Shown here one piece after another: positions 47,596-61,053 of a stretch of DNA of 64,000 nt (positions are counted from its first letter, which is position 1; each line of letters opens with the position of its first letter). The stretch covers positions 496,001 to 560,000 of the forward strand of contig CBFFRP010000146.1 of the NCBI GenBank assembly GCA_965644295.1. The letters run 5' to 3'. The stretch is from Paraphysomonas bandaiensis. Its lineage: Eukaryota > Protista > Chrysophyceae. The position numbers and the translations under genes were made by a program. Below the pieces are notes generated by a model that did not search any database, had not been told where the DNA came from, and worked only from the letters and a program-made list of their open reading frames with translations.

Positions 47596-49466
47596 TCACA
47601 TATGGTGGAATCGTTGCCCTTCCAGAATCATAGAATCTAATTTCCTACATCCGACACAAATAACCACACATTCATACAGGCAAAACACGTTTTACCTGTG
47701 TATTCCAAAGCTTGCGACCACCGTTTTCAACAATAACCACGCGGACGTAATACCTCAACGAAACAGCTTCTTCCGGTTGCACTGTTGGTAAAAACACAAA
47801 TTGTCATTCAAACCGCACATCATATAAATATACCTACCTGGGTACATAATCAATTTTTCATCCTCTTTTTTAGCAGAGTCATCAGACTCATGATTCCCGT
47901 TTTCTTCTTCATCGTTCTCTTTCTCTCTTTCACTTGGTAGCTCTGTACCAGGGGGTGCCACAAAGGGAGCGTAGTTAAAGGACGGATGAATGCTTATATC
48001 ATTCCAGAGTGCGAGCTGAAGTTTATGCTCGTGGGACGACTTTTTCCCATGAATCTGGAATCCAGCAATATTCTCGGGATCAAGGCCACGTGGAATATTC
48101 GTGTAGCCATCAAGAGGAATTTCAAAACTGATCACGCTTCCTGTTTCAAGAAATATTAGCTAATCAAAGCCCACATCAGATAGTCATATGTGAGTTGTAC
48201 TTACCTATTCGCACCGGGTCAGTCGGACGAGGATTAGAATCGTCCATGTCTAGGCGTTCCCAATATCCCCAGGATTTAGCCACTGATTTCGGAGCGACTT
48301 CTAGATCACGAGCAGTAGAATTAGCTGCTTCTGCCTCGTCGTCAACACCGAATACAGTATGCTCTACACGACACCAAAAAAGTCAGTATTATCAAAGCTG
48401 TACTGACAGCAGTACTAACCAAACTCTACATTCGTATGTGCCACAGTTTCTCCTACCACCTCGGAGCGTATCAGCATAACTTTCGCAGACAAAACGTAAT
48501 CTTCCAAAGCACTCAAACGAAGTGTACATTTGATGGCCCCGCCTGTCGACGCACCGCCTCTGCCATAGGAAGAAGGATCTGCGGTTCGACTTACATCCAA
48601 GTTGAGAGAGGAAAAACGGAACACACATTTCCCGCGGCCCTGAAGACCGGCAATGGCCACTGACGACAAGTGAATAATAACTCACGAATTACGATAACAC
48701 CACACCTTCAGATGGCGCAGTGGAAGACTCAGGTATCGGATCACGTACCATGCGCTGCAGAGAAAGAAACTGATAGTGATAGCAATTGAAAGTGTACCAC
48801 GGCCGTAGCACTTCCACTCGCAACTAAGAGAATTTTAAGATATATACAGGAAATTGGGCACACCTACCAGATGACGCACACCGAATGCAGTGCCATTATA
48901 AGAATTGCACCACGACTTTTTGCAGTAGCTCACCCCACCGTCAACTGCCCGTTGCGAATCCATGTCTAGTGAAATACTAATAGGATAAGAAGCATTGCCA
49001 CTGCGTAAATCGTCATAAGCACAATACCCAGGGTGAAAGATTTCACCATACCGTACGTACTCCTCTGAGGCAATTTTAGTGGTATACTCCTTCACATCAA
49101 CACAAACATAAGGGTCCAAACTGTGTATATACTCCGATAGCGTTATCTATATACACACTTTTAATAGCCCATAATTACGGCATGTATAGATTACCAAAAC
49201 ACCCCCATGCCACACCTCCCTCCCATTGTAAGTTCGGAGATTAACTTTCCCGCTAATAGTGGAGTCCTTCCCGAGGTACAGAGTTTGTCTACCATCAAAG
49301 TAAAACCTGCAGATATATGAGACTTCATAGTCGAACTAATATCCGCATACCATGGGACGGCAAATATTTCACCGTCATCTAATATCTGTTGATTGGTATC
49401 GTGCTCCAGAGACACATCGAACACGTTGTAAAACCAACCCGGACCGAATGTGCTAAGAGAGGACAT
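47596..49466 (-). CDS. Hypothetical multi-exon protein
   Basis: Chain of minus-strand ORFs (49191..49466, 48835..49119, 48415..48669, 47755..48135) separated by short GT-AG introns. No confident family. Confidence 0.6.
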
Positions 49467-50016
49467 AGGGCGGTAATATTGAGATAAATATGATAAGTAA
49501 TCGAAGTTGTTTAGTTAGCGATGTGTATCGAGGTCAACTGATGTCCAAGTCTGAAAGATAATATCAGGCAGATGCTACATATGACAATGATACGTCGTAC
49601 CAATGCCTGCCGTATGTAGGTAGGTATGTATGTGAGGGTAGGTAATGTGTGTATATGAAGTACGTATTTCCATTTGTATTCCTGTAGTCCACATGGAAGG
49701 AAGAATCATAGAGGAGGGCATGTTGTTTTTCGGAAATAAATTAAAGCACAAATTACCTACATTACTGCAATACAACTACGGCTGGAATACAGGTAATTAT
49801 TGCCTCAATATTAGAGGCATCTTTGAACAAAAATATACAAAGGATGCTGATACGAGTGCTAAGGTGCGCAGTATACACTGCAGGGTGTATGTGTATACTG
49901 CCTGTATATGTTATATAGGGATCTGCGTGTGTATTAAAATAACCGCAGCTAACTCACAACACTTACATCAGACCCTTATCCACCTCACCTCACACATGTC
50001 CAATTCACAGTAGAGA

Positions 50017-51320
50017 ATGTATATCGGGCCATGGCAGGAATATAATTTAAGTAAATCCCGATATGGGGGTCCCTGTACCTCCTCTAAAGGCGACACACAG
50101 CACGATACTCTACGCAGAGAGCTACTTAAAGCTCTAGAGGTAATATACACTCATTTACGCTCGATCATCACGCTCACTGGTGTGTGTAACAGGAGTCGCT
50201 TGATCCTGATGTAGCTGCTAAGGCTATACAGGCTGTCAATAAGACTCTTGAGCAGCCCACTCCAAGTGCTAAACCACACATAAGCCTTCCTAAGTTAGGA
50301 CCCAATGGACGGGATGTTAGGTCCTATCGACGAGCAGTTGGAAATCGTAGTCGTCGATCTCACTTACCCAGAATATCATCTGTAAATTACGACAGCGAGC
50401 GTGAGTCGCTCCCTTCTACCAGATCAACAATGAGTGAGCCCATCCAGGGTACGAAAATGCTATGTACTCCGGACTCTGGGCCCCCATCTCATCGTGAGCG
50501 TGTGCATGTCACGCACAGACGCGGAGATTACGATGCAATGGGAATGCTTGATGTACTACGATTGCAGAAAGCTGCTGAAAAGAGAAAACCACGTCCTGAT
50601 TTCTCAGGGCTTTGGAAATGGAATCATAATCAGCATGTCAGTGGAAAAAGCGACAAGGCCCAGCCCGACAAAATTCAGCATGCTGATCAAAAAATGGATC
50701 GTGTGAAGCGCATGCAGGAGCTATACACAATACAGAACAAGGAACAACAACATGGCAAACAGTCAGATAATGAAAATTCAACGGAGACTGCATGGATAGA
50801 AGGTGGGAGTCCTCAGGGACGAATTCATCTTAGCCCTATTCGTGGTCGAACGACTTTATCTCCACATTATAAGCCACGCACCCCAGTGGTGAACCACAAG
50901 GATCTAACTGACGACGACTACGCAGCGGTGTCCAAGTACTTTACTCGTATGGGATCTCCACTCAAGCCTATGTGTCGTCAGGATGTGCAAGAGGATGCGT
51001 GTAGTCCGACGAAGCCACCATCCTTGCACATATCGAAAGGAGAGACCGAAACAGAAACTACCGCATCCCCTATACAAGTCCGCGTATCCAGTCCACGGGT
51101 TAGGAACCCATCTACTAATATGGAGGACAATGTGCAACTAGACCACGCACAGTTTTGTGGAGCGAGCAGAGAGCTGTCATTAGATATGGAAAGCGACAAC
51201 GACATGTCTGATACAGAAAATGCATCGGACATGAGGGACACATATGGAAAAATATCTTCACCTGGTTTACTTGATTGGACTTCAACACTAAATATCGATA
51301 GTATAGATTCTATGTATTAG
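50017..51320 (+). CDS. Hypothetical protein (N-terminal MYIGPWQEY motif, mostly low-complexity)
   Basis: Exon 50017-50139 and intron ~50140-50192 (GTAATA...AACAG) continue in frame into ORF 50430..51320. Confidence 0.65.
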
Positions 51321-51912
51321 TGCATTTTTTGATGTAGTGCTTGTGCGTTCGTAATAATGTGTGTTTCTATTAATTTCTGGTTGGCGTCGTAATTAGATGA
51401 TGAGCTGCTTATGCTTACTGCTATTTTGTTAATACGTATCTATCGTATAATGTATAATATACTAGAAGAAACTGAATAGTTTGACTGTGTAGTGTGTAGA
51501 TCGTAAGAGATAAGAGAAGTGCAAAGTAGTAGCACCTGATACTAGATACATAATATATATGATAATTATTGCATACACAATTGTGTGTTGTCATGTAAAC
51601 CCAAGACCCTCCTGAGTATGGATTAATTGTCAATAATTAAAATAGGGACAGCTGCTGCATGCGGCACTGTAAATACAAAAAAATATAGTTTATGGTTGCT
51701 CGAAATGCCTTCATGGCCTATTATGGCATTGTAGTCTATTGGTCAATACACACATGTCCCCTTATCACTCCTTTTGTATTTCTCCACACACTTGAAGCTT
51801 CACAAAATAATGCTCTGTATTATACAATCAACACTTATACAGGACTATATGTCATCTAAACATTCATAATCGTAATACTATTGGAAAACATCAATATCGC
51901 CTGGACGGCGAA

Positions 51913-54900
51913 TTAAACAGTAGAGCCAAGAGCATCGATTTTATTTTGTCTTGCTGCTTTTTTTTGTTGCGATCGGAGTTTATTGCTACTTTGTAGCTTT
52001 GCGCAACGTCTATCCAACACCCCATCGTCATCGCCGTCTTCCTCCTCCACATCACGCTCACTGGGGAATCCTTCGTCCACAGGACGAGATGGCAGAGTGC
52101 CTGCAAGGCGGGCCTTTGGTAATTCGTACTTTGACAACACAGCTTCCAGTTCAGGGGGACGGGTATGCGTTTCGGGGCTCTGCATGAAAGAAAGATCACA
52201 AAAACACATTACCAGGAACTACATCGTAACTCACCGCTACACCATCACGCGCTATCATGCCACGGTGACCACTAGAATCCGAGTGAATTGATGCACTTGC
52301 CGTTTGTTGGCCTTGCTGCTGTTTTTCACGCTCCTCGACCAGAGTTTCCAGGACAGTTTCGATATCTTTAATAATGTCATGAACTGCGGCATTATCATCC
52401 CTTTCAGGAACTCCCAGCATATCACTGATATGATTCAAACCAGCAATTACTTGTTGTTGCAATTGCTCAGTTGTTTCAGTGCGCTCCTTCACCCGGCGCA
52501 GTTTCTGCTGCACAGTGGCTAATTCTTTGTGTTTCTGATATGTATCCCTCGACTGCCCACCAACAAATGACGCTTCATACCGCACTTCTTCCAATTCGGC
52601 TTCAACTATGAGAACTTCATTTTTCAGTGCGCTAAGTTTCGTCTCACTCTGTTTTTTCAATGATGTAATTTGCTCTTCAAGGGCACCCCTGTATGACAAT
52701 ATTAACCATAAAATGACATTGTGTATATACATCGAGAATACCCGTTATTCAGTCGCTGGAAAAATATATCAGGATCAGTAATTCCTGTTCTAGAGCTTAT
52801 GATCTGCCACATATGATCCCATCCATTAGTAGTTGTCTCAGTCTCCATTTGAATGACTGAACTCGAGCAAACTTTGCTGCCGTTGTTACTCTTCGTTGAA
52901 TATCCTCTCTGAAGATTGCTTTTATGGGAGCGAGCATTAAGAGTCTTGGCGTCTTCTGAGGTCTGCATTTGCATGTGGCGTTTCATTCCATATCGATACT
53001 CCAGCAACTTCGTGTGCATGTCAACACCTTCTTGAACAAGACTCTTCATACGCCGGAATGCAGAATTGTGACTCTGTCTTTCGAATTTCTGTTCCCACAA
53101 CCGCGATCTAATTTCTTCCAAGAGATACTTGTCTTGCTGAAGCTTATTTTCTATCTCCGTAATGAGAGCAGGACAATGTGCTGGATGGCGCTCACACATT
53201 ACTAAGAGCTTTTTCATATTTTCGTGAAACGTCAGTGAGTTATCAAGCTTTCTGGCACCCTTCTTCTCATTTCTTACTGCAACCTGTAACTTCTGTTCGT
53301 AAACAGCAGTAGAGGATTCGGACAATTGAAGTTCCTTCAGCATAGCCTTCAACTCAACTACTTTCTTCGCTTTAACCCGTCGTTGTTGTTTGAAGAAATC
53401 GTATTCTTCGCGAAGGGTGTGAATCTCTTCATTCATAGAGTCAATACGCTTGGATACTGCATCCCCAGACGTAGCAGCGTTCTTTTCGAGTTCTTCATCG
53501 GGGTTTGCAATTCGGCGCGTCGTTTTCGCGGCCTTTCTGATGAATTTTAACTCAGGCAATTTGTATGATGCAGAACTGAATGTTCGTGACGGCATGGATC
53601 GCGACGGCAACCTGCGCATCACTGCATTCACAGCCGCCTCCTCGTCAAAAGAATTCCTCTTTCCATTGGCTGTTGAATTGGTGCCCTCAAACTCCTTCTT
53701 CTGCTTCACTTTGATACCTGTCTGATAGCGCTTACCACAATTTCCCAGTGCGATAAGTGGGAACTGGATCCACATCCATCGGTGGAAGTAGTAGGTTGTA
53801 CATTCTGGGAAATCTTCATTGGGTTGCTTTAGAGGGGCGTCGCTAAGAGCTTTGAGACCATCGTCCTGCTTACCACCCATCACCGGAACTAGGAGGGTGC
53901 TTCGCCCAGCTTCGTCATCCTTTACTATGTGCGGTACACCTAGTGAACACAAGTCCTCAGATGGAATCGGTGGGTGAATCAGAGCTGGCACGTCAGCATT
54001 GAGTTCATTCCCATTCGTCGCAAACTCAATTAAAAAGTCAGCTATCTGTAAAATGGTTTCGGCGACCTTTTCATCAGAAGGCTTCTTCGCCGCTATATAT
54101 TCGTCTAAACTTTTAACATACTCTTCCACTATATCATATGTCGGACGATGCTTAGATGAGGCTACAGCCGATCCACCCCCAACTCCCAAGGAGTTGTCAG
54201 GGTTGGGCTTGCGAGACGTAAGTGATGCCCAAAGCTTAATAAAATCCGTCTTGAATTTCGGCGTCCACCACAGCTCAAACATATCAATTTCCGTTAAACA
54301 GTTCTTCACCTTGTTCCATGAACCCGCGACTTCCAAATGATATGGAAGGCACTCCAGTTTCCGATCGCATGGCGGTAGCTGATTGAAAAATCGTGCCATC
54401 AATACGTGCCAACGTACAAGAGCTTCTGATGAATTAATATATTTTTCATATACCACCTCATGATATATAGCATGCGAGAAAGAATGAAGCCCGCTGACAA
54501 CCATTGTGAAGTCCTTCAGTATGATATATAGCTTATCAATGTGTTGCAATTCTTCCTGCTTAGTACACACCATTTTGATTACTCCCCACAACTCATCCAA
54601 GCTCAGTCCATTTCTTGAGACGTATAACACTGTCATCATCTTTCCAACTAAATCTGAAAATGCGTCATCCAATTCATCATTAAAGAACGGTCTCGAACAC
54701 ACATTTAAGCAATGTTCGATTAGCTCAAACGCCGAAGTACATTTGACATAGTCATCCAGTAAGTCATCTATTGTTAAATTCGTCATCTGCACTCCTAATC
54801 GAAGGGCTTGCAACAGAGATCGAAGGTAAAGTGGCTGAGCAGAGGAATTCGTTGTAACAATCTTAAACTCCTGCTGCTCGTGCACAGCAAAGTTTTCGCT

Positions 54901-55715
54901 ACGATGAAGGGAACAGTATGTACTAACTATTGTCTGGCGTGTACTCACAGATAATGGCTCCATACGTAGCATTGGGCATTGCCGTCGTGCAAGCTCGATG
55001 TAAGTTCGGTGATGTGCAACTTCCTCGTTTCCCTTCTGTTCACGTTCAACTTCGACAGATGATACAATGAATCTAACACATGGGGGTAACTCCGTAGGAA
55101 GCCAGTAGAGCTCTCCATCCCGGCCCCCCTCACCTTTCAGATTGTTAACTCCATCAATAACAATCACTATTCTTGCTGGTGAATGTTTTTTAGCAGCCGC
55201 ACCCAAAAATCGATTTAGGCTCCACCGAAGACGTTCCTCAGAATCAGGAACATCCATTTCACGAAGTTGAAAAAAATCTTTGAGGGCGGACTCTAAGCGA
55301 AACAGAGTGTGCGCCAGCTGACAGTTATTAGCAGAACAACCCACGAAATGCTGAAATAAAAACTCATCACGATGCTTGATAATTCGACGTTTTGCTACCC
55401 AGTTGGCAAGAAATGCACTCTTACCACTCCCTATACAAAATTAATACAGTTTACTGATATCAGCATGTTGCATACCTTCCGGTCCCAATACAACTAGAGG
55501 TGGCTTAACATCGCCTTCAAGTGTATCGGCATGCTGATCTAGAGTAGAAAAAAAATAATCCCTTGTTGGAGTGTAGACAAATTGAGAGCTCCGACTGTTG
55601 AAAATATGGTCAATACAGTGACTGTAATGCATACATGCTCCTGTATATACCTCGCTGCGAATGCTTCGTGTTCATCATCGAAAGATTCAACAACATCTGA
55701 ATCAGATCCTGGCAT
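51913..55715 (-). CDS. NACHT/STAND NTPase (NPHP3/TEP1-like) fused to a long C-terminal coiled coil
   Basis: Walker A PLVVLGPE|GSGKS (split by an intron), HFVGCS, Walker B IVIVIDGVN, WLP, PLYLR, SRNGLSLDEL and LPYHL. C-terminal coiled coil. Confidence 0.8.
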
Positions 55716-56177
55716 TCTAATTCAAAGCTACAGCAAAAAGTCTAATATACTGTCTCAATATGTATCTCGTTAAGCCTCAGTGCTTAACATACCTCAATAG
55801 GCATATATGCATATATGAGCACCTGCCCTCATCTAGTCGCTCTTAAGGACACTTTCACTCCCTCCAAAAAAAAAGTGAAACGGTATAAAAAGTAGAAGGA
55901 TATCTGATGATCTTCACCAGTCATTTTCAGTTTTTAATTGGACGATATGGTGCTCCTGCTGTCCCTATAAACTGAATGGTGTGGACCTATTCTCATCATC
56001 TCATACATATATATGGACATGTCTGAGTTAAGAGCTCTGGTGGACTAACATGAGGAGGAGTTACCACTTAAGTGAACCAGTTGTTTAACTATCATTAGAT
56101 TTATTGGATCATAATTAACAGCAATAGCATTAGATAAGTAGATACAGGCTACCTGTAGTTAGATTGGATTTAGTAAC

Positions 56178-57575
56178 ATGAAGATCAAGACTATATCTCG
56201 CACTCAAGAGGACTATACAAGGAAGAGTAAGCTAGACATCGTTAAGGTCATTCTTTACTATCAATTTTATGTAGTATGTGTTTAATATTCACTACAGGTG
56301 CATCGAAATAGGGATCCGAAGTTACACCCATTCGAACGCGCGAGAGAATACACGAAAGCTGTTGTAGCAACCAAACTTGATAAAATATTTGCAAAGCCAT
56401 TCATCGGCGCTCTTGATGGTCACGTTGATAGCGTCTACTGCACGGCAACTGTGCGAAATCGGATGACACCGTTCATATCTGGGGCGTGTGATGGCGATTT
56501 GCGTGTGTGGGATCTACAACGAAGAGAGTGTGTGTGGTCGGTTGCTGCACACACGGGGTTTATACGTGGTATTGCACCTGACCAATCTGGAAATACATTC
56601 TACACTTGTGGAGACGATAAGTTAGTTAAGCAGTGGGCTCTTGCGCAATCCTCTTCTGTCATTGAGTCGTCCGAAATTGAACCATTGAACGTATTCACTG
56701 CTGAGCATTCATTGACAGGAGTGGATCACCATTGGGTGGACAGTCAATTTGCTACCAGTGGGGAAACTGTTTGTGTATGGGACAGCTCAAGGACGGATCC
56801 GATACATACTTACAAATGGGGAGCTGATGCTGTCATCTCTGTGGCATACAATCCTGCCGAGTCTTGTTTGCTCGGCTCAACTGCCTCAGACCGTAGCATA
56901 TGTCTCTACGATTTACGAGCGTCTGTTCCGATGCGTAAGTTTGTCCTATCCATGAAGTCAAATAAAATTGCGTGGAACCCAAGGGAGCCTTTCAACTTCG
57001 TTCTTGCAAACGAAGATAATAACCTATATACTTTCGATATGAGGAATCTCTCGAAAGCCAAAATGGTCCACAAGGACCACGTATCTGCTGTTTTGGATGT
57101 TGCCTTTTCTCCTACTGGCCGTGAGTTTGTGTCCGGTAGTTACGATCGTACGGTGCGTATATTCCCACATGAGGGCGGAAGAAGCCGGGAAGTATACCAC
57201 ACGAAGCGTATGCAAAGAGTATTTAGTGTTAACTTCTCCGCGGACTCAAGGTTCGTACTGTCGGGAAGTGATGATACAAATATCCGCATATGGAAAACAA
57301 AGGCATCGAAGACATTAGGTGTAATGCCTGGCCGAATGGAGCGAAAAGAACAGCTAAATGATGCCTTGAAAAAGAGATATGCCCACATGCCCGAAGTTAA
57401 GAGAATAGCGAAACATAAGAATGAGCCGAAATCTATCAAGAAGGCGACTGCGCTGATGCACATTCAAAAACAGTCAGAAAGAAGAAAGCAAGACAATCGT
57501 AAGCGCCATGCCAGAGATGATGAATGTGATGTTGCTCCCGAAAGGAAACGTGCTGTATTGAAGGAATTTGAATAA
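56178..57575 (+). CDS. DCAF13: DCAF13 / SOF1 (WD40, U3 snoRNP / SSU processome)
   Basis: MKIKTISR...|VHRNRDPKLHPFERAREYTKA, FAKPF, SREVYHTKRMQRVF, SGSDDTNIRIWK and a Sof1 C-terminal domain. Confidence 0.96.
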
Positions 57576-57759
57576 ATAATAAGTCATATTACCTACCTCA
57601 ATGTATACTTACTGCTAGTTCGATCACATGTTTATTATATATATTGTGGTATAAGCACTGTCGATAGGGACATCCAGTGCTTTGGTGCAGGAATAATAAA
57701 AATGACTCGATACCATTGTTTCTGTTTCTTTTTACATTACATTGCGGCTGTTGTGCATA

Positions 57760-58057
57760 CCTGTACAGCGCAACTCAACTTATTATCTCAGTGTTGCGCA
57801 AAAGTATGCATTGTGTATCATATATACTACTACAGTTGTAGCCGGATGCATACTTACTAATTATATCCATTAATTTAGAATGCATGTCATGGTGATGATG
57901 GCTCAGAGGATGAGCAAGATTGTGTTTGCCAGCGTAGTGAAGAATTTTTGAATATCATGTAATCGTAATGACTAGCCATAATTAGTGACTGAAATGTTGA
58001 ATTACTGATTAATGATACTACCAGAATAGTATTGCAATATATTGTTACCTATCCCTT
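57760..58057 (+). mobile_element. Degraded third copy of the hAT derivative (3' part and right TIR)
   Basis: TATTATCTCAGTGTTGCGCAAAAGTATGCA, GCCGGATGCATA and GATGATGGCTCAGAGGATGAG, ending in the TIR-like GCAATATATTGTTACCTATCCCT. All are shared with 60270-61037. Confidence 0.75.
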
Positions 58058-58788
58058 ATATATACTTTAAACTGTACACTGCATCAGCACCATCTGCACA
58101 TTGTTCCCTAGCTCTGATGTAAACGTATTCTTGTATAGATTGTCCATAACGCATTGTTTACATAAATTGTCTCCGAACGGGTCCTAAAATATACCAATGT
58201 CTTGAGCTCTGCATATATCGTCAGCAAGAATTGTAATAGAATAAACGTCGTACAACGGGAAAAGACAACGTAAAATAAGAGTTCTCACTTATGTCAGTTT
58301 AGTGATGTGAAGTATATTCAATAACATTGCAGCTCACTTGGTACACTACATCTCTCTGCAAATCCTAATCTGTTGGTGTCGCTCTTAAGAAAATTCGCCC
58401 CCAGATCTGCTTGGAAATGTAGAGAGAGGTACTATATATGTGTACATACAGGCCCAGGGTCATATATTGTCCATGTAAGACAAGGCGGCAGTGTAAATCT
58501 GGTGCTGGTGATGTTTACATTACACGAATTATCAGTCCATTTACAATATTGATTGGATATAATCGATTGAAAAAAAGAGCATATACTCTTTTCACAAATC
58601 ATCATACGATTTTTAAAAATAATAGGCTATGAATTCATTAGAAGTCAACCTGCTGGTCATATTTCTAGAATTTGGTACACCGGCCGCATGTACAGCACAG
58701 TATACCACACGCATATATATACACGACCATCACACATCCATAACTTCTAGAAACAGTGTGTTGGAAGGGTACATATATCTGTGTAACG

Positions 58789-59715
58789 ATGGTCGATGTT
58801 GCGATTGGTGAGGTTGAAGATCTTGATCTTGTATTGGATTCCTGTGATCTAGTGGACCGTAAGAGGGAGTGTGAGAGGGAGTGTGTATGTATATCATCAT
58901 CATTGAGTGATGTGGAGATGATGATCATCAGGAGTCTATCTACTGTAGTAGAGATAGCAGGTGGACAACCTCTAGATAGATTTAAGGTCAACATGCAGCT
59001 GCCGAGAGGAGAGCGTGTGCCTATAAGAGACCTGTTGTCTCGGGGTGTATCTGAGTTCTATACAGCATCTGCGACTTCTATGGTGCAGAGATGTCTCTTC
59101 TACATCCCTGCACTATATTTCGGGTATGATATATGGGACCGTAACTTTAAACTGGAAAACAAAACATGGAATGGAGTTATGGCCAGCTGCTTTGCCTCAG
59201 CGCTCGTTACGCCTGGAGTATCTTGTTTTGAGAATTTAAAGACGGAGCAACAGTTACACCGCAATCGCGGTGTTCCATTGCGTAATATATACCGTTCACT
59301 ATACACATCACACGGAATATGGGGGGTGTTTCCATCTCTGATATCCACCTTTGCTCGTGAATCCGTGTTTGCCTGTGGAATATGTTTTTTGACCCCAACA
59401 CTGCATTCCTTCTTAAAAAATCGGAACTTTGATTCTGTTGTAGTTGCTGGGTGCACAACAGGGTTAGTTACGCAGTTAGTAACTCACCCGTTTGATACTG
59501 TAAAGACGTGGCAGGAAAACAAGAAAACTGGCTTAATTACATCAGTTCGAGACATAGTGCGAAGTGAAGGCCTGTCATTCTTTTGGAATGGCGCTCTACC
59601 GCGATGTGTGCGCGGCATGTGGACATTCACATGTTTATATGTTTGCGTAAACAATTTTTCGTCTTTTTATTGGAAATTTAAGGACTCTATTCCTGTGGTT
59701 TCAGTGCGAAAGTAA
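58789..59715 (+). CDS. Mitochondrial carrier family (SLC25) protein
   Basis: Three carrier signatures (PLDRFK, CFENLK, PFDTVKT) and IVRSEGLSFFWNGALPR. Confidence 0.88.
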   Translation: MVDVAIGEVEDLDLVLDSCDLVDRKRECERECVCISSSLSDVEMMIIRSLSTVVEIAGGQPLDRFKVNMQLPRGERVPIRDLLSRGVSEFYTASATSMVQRCLFYIPALYFGYDIWDRNFKLENKTWNGVMASCFASALVTPGVSCFENLKTEQQLHRNRGVPLRNIYRSLYTSHGIWGVFPSLISTFARESVFACGICFLTPTLHSFLKNRNFDSVVVAGCTTGLVTQLVTHPFDTVKTWQENKKTGLITSVRDIVRSEGLSFFWNGALPRCVRGMWTFTCLYVCVNNFSSFYWKFKDSIPVVSVRK

Positions 59716-60269
59716 ATACTGGCCACCCAGCTGTTGCCACGATTTTGATATTTCATATCCACAATAGACTTCTGTTAGTGATTCTATAGATTGCATGTAA
59801 CTTTGTGAATAAATATTTTTATATATAGTGGGAGTTATTTACGTGATCTGTATTCACCAATTGTTTTTTATATCTTGTATGCGAGTAATATTTTTGTGAA
59901 TTAAGAATAAGTAAAAATATTATTGCTAAGTTTCTACAACTCGTTCTTGAACTTTCATATCCTAATGAACTGCATACATTTTTGATATACTAATTCAAAA
60001 ACTAAAAATATTACAGGATGCATGAATGTATCCGTTGATGCGGAAGTTGCTGTGGATGGTGGTTGTGCGGAGCGATTTATACAATCTGCTCAAATTACAA
60101 TCTGCTCGAATTAATTCAAACACTTATTCAGTACTACAAATTTTATTTTCTGATCATAGTGGCTGTGATACTGAATAAAAAATGCATTCTAGAAACGTTT
60201 TGCATTTGTTATTGAGGCCTCCAATGACACGTACTATTGTAGAATATTTCCTCCTAGCACTGTCTGTTT

Positions 60270-61037
60270 CAGGGATAGGGAACAATATATTGTATTGCAA
60301 TACATTGTACAATATGTAAAATATATTGATTGGTGGACTGGTCAAATATTCCATCAATAGTGTTTCTGCTAAAAAAGCTCACAATACTATTGCAATATAT
60401 ATACGCAATCAATATTATGATAGTCATATATATAAGAGAAGATTCTCAACTGTAGGGTGCAAAATGGATATAAATAACCGAGAAGCAAAGGATAATGAAG
60501 CTGATGTTGACTATGCGACTAAAAACCTTCAGTCCGCTCAAAAAATTAAGAAACGTACAGATCCACGAGTCATTAACGGTTGCCTGGCTGGTATGTACTT
60601 CCAATACATGGGAACGTCTGTTCAGCACAGCTAAAAACATATTATATCAGTGTTGCGCAAAAGTATCCATCCTACTTAATATGCTGTTGTTTTAGAAAGC
60701 TATTCGACAGTTATGGCCGGATACTAGCATATTCTGTGGATGAATATGGTGATGTTGACCTCACCGATGATGGCTCAGAGGATGAGGACGAGGTGAATTT
60801 TTATTAGCTATAAGCAGCAGTTGGTTTGGTTGTCATGTGATCTTAACGACTAATACTAAAAATGAAATCTACGGATGTGTTTACCTACTGATTAGTCAAA
60901 CTAATATATCGCAATACATTGACAATATATTGCAATATATTGTAATTGTATTGTAGGAACGGTTTAAAAAATCCATCAATACTATTGATGGAACGCTATC
61001 TAACAATAGTATTGCAATATATTGTTTCCTATCCCTG
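60270..61037 (+). mobile_element. Non-autonomous hAT DNA transposon, copy A (8-bp TSD GTCTGTTT)
   Basis: TIRs CAGGGATAGGGAACAATATATTG / CAATATATTGTTTCCTATCCCTG, with the TSD at 60262-60269 and 61038-61045. The internal relic CTSNTWERLFSTAK...LNMLLF matches the hAT C-terminal dimerisation motif. Confidence 0.9.
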
Positions 61038-61053
61038 GTCTGTTTCTCTGTTT

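Noticed and set aside
60081-60113. 16-bp tandem duplication ACAATCTGCTC(A/G)AATT
   Set aside because: Isolated slippage duplication with no further structure.
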